The notes beneath the pieces are model-generated. The model saw only the letters and a program-made list of their open reading frames with translations. It made no database searches and had not been told where the DNA came from. DNA of 64,000 bases, from positions 2,482 through 66,481 of the IMG/VR virus record IMGVR_UViG_3300044618_002075; one strand, given 5' to 3'. This document shows positions 63,746 to 64,000 of the stretch, one piece after another. The translations under genes were made by a program, and so were the position numbers. Source of the stretch: a virus. Every line of letters begins with the position of its first letter. The stretch's first letter is position 1.

Positions 63746-63919
63746 ATGAACGGATACATCGCGTTTTACAAGGGTCGCAAGGCCGAAATCCATGCCGCTA
63801 CTGCCTACGAGGCGCAGCAAAAGGCAGCCGCGCTGTTCAAGGCGCGCAAGTCCTACGAGGTCACCGTAGTCCTGGCCGAGAAGAACGGCCAGCAGGTGAC
63901 GCATACACCGACGTTCTGA
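63746..63919 (+). CDS. hypothetical early protein (57 aa)
   Basis: Manual translation MNGYIAFYKG...YEAQQKA; repeated RBS. Confidence 0.7.
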   Translation: MNGYIAFYKGRKAEIHAATAYEAQQKAAALFKARKSYEVTVVLAEKNGQQVTHTPTF

Positions 63920-63941
63920 AACTGAAAGGAGTACCCCAACC

Positions 63942-64000
63942 ATGACCCGCAAGACCCAACCCATCACATCTATCGACTACGCGGGGCGTACCTGCGCCTT
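63942..64000 (+). CDS. 5' end of an early gene (truncated by window)
   Basis: GAAAGGAG then ATG, open to the window end. Confidence 0.55.
   Translation, partial: MTRKTQPITSIDYAGRTCA

Noticed and set aside
1-64000. tRNA genes, integrase, spanins
   Set aside because: None recognisable by eye; tRNAscan-SE and HMM searches are needed to exclude them

Overview
Almost the whole genome of a high-GC tailed dsDNA phage with podovirus-like architecture, probably infecting a proteobacterium (inference). The + strand carries an early/accessory region (60238-64000, apparently continuing into 1-6725) and a replication module (6894-17489): VRR-NUC nuclease, family A DNA polymerase, Cas4-like exonuclease, SNF2 helicase, SSB-like protein and primase/DUF927 helicase. 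The - strand carries the late module (59754 down to 17425): terminases, portal, GroES, scaffold, major capsid, adaptors, fibres, two free-standing HNH endonucleases, lysis genes, ejection proteins and a 2562-aa polyvalent protein. I saw no integrase, RNA polymerase, reverse transcriptase, tRNA or CRISPR array. The most interesting signals are non-coding. (1) A candidate ~77-nt three-hairpin sRNA (59814-59890) has an exposed seed complementary to an extended ribosome-binding sequence repeated in front of many early genes. (2) Eight copies of a 23-bp palindrome, AACTAGGAC-N5-GTCCTAGTT, punctuate the early genes, some followed by duplicated hairpin modules. (3) A tandem double-pseudoknot lies at 6724-6874. 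(4) Accessory genes and domains are bounded by short conserved direct repeats, like exchangeable cassettes. All product calls come from recognising motifs by eye; no database searches were run.
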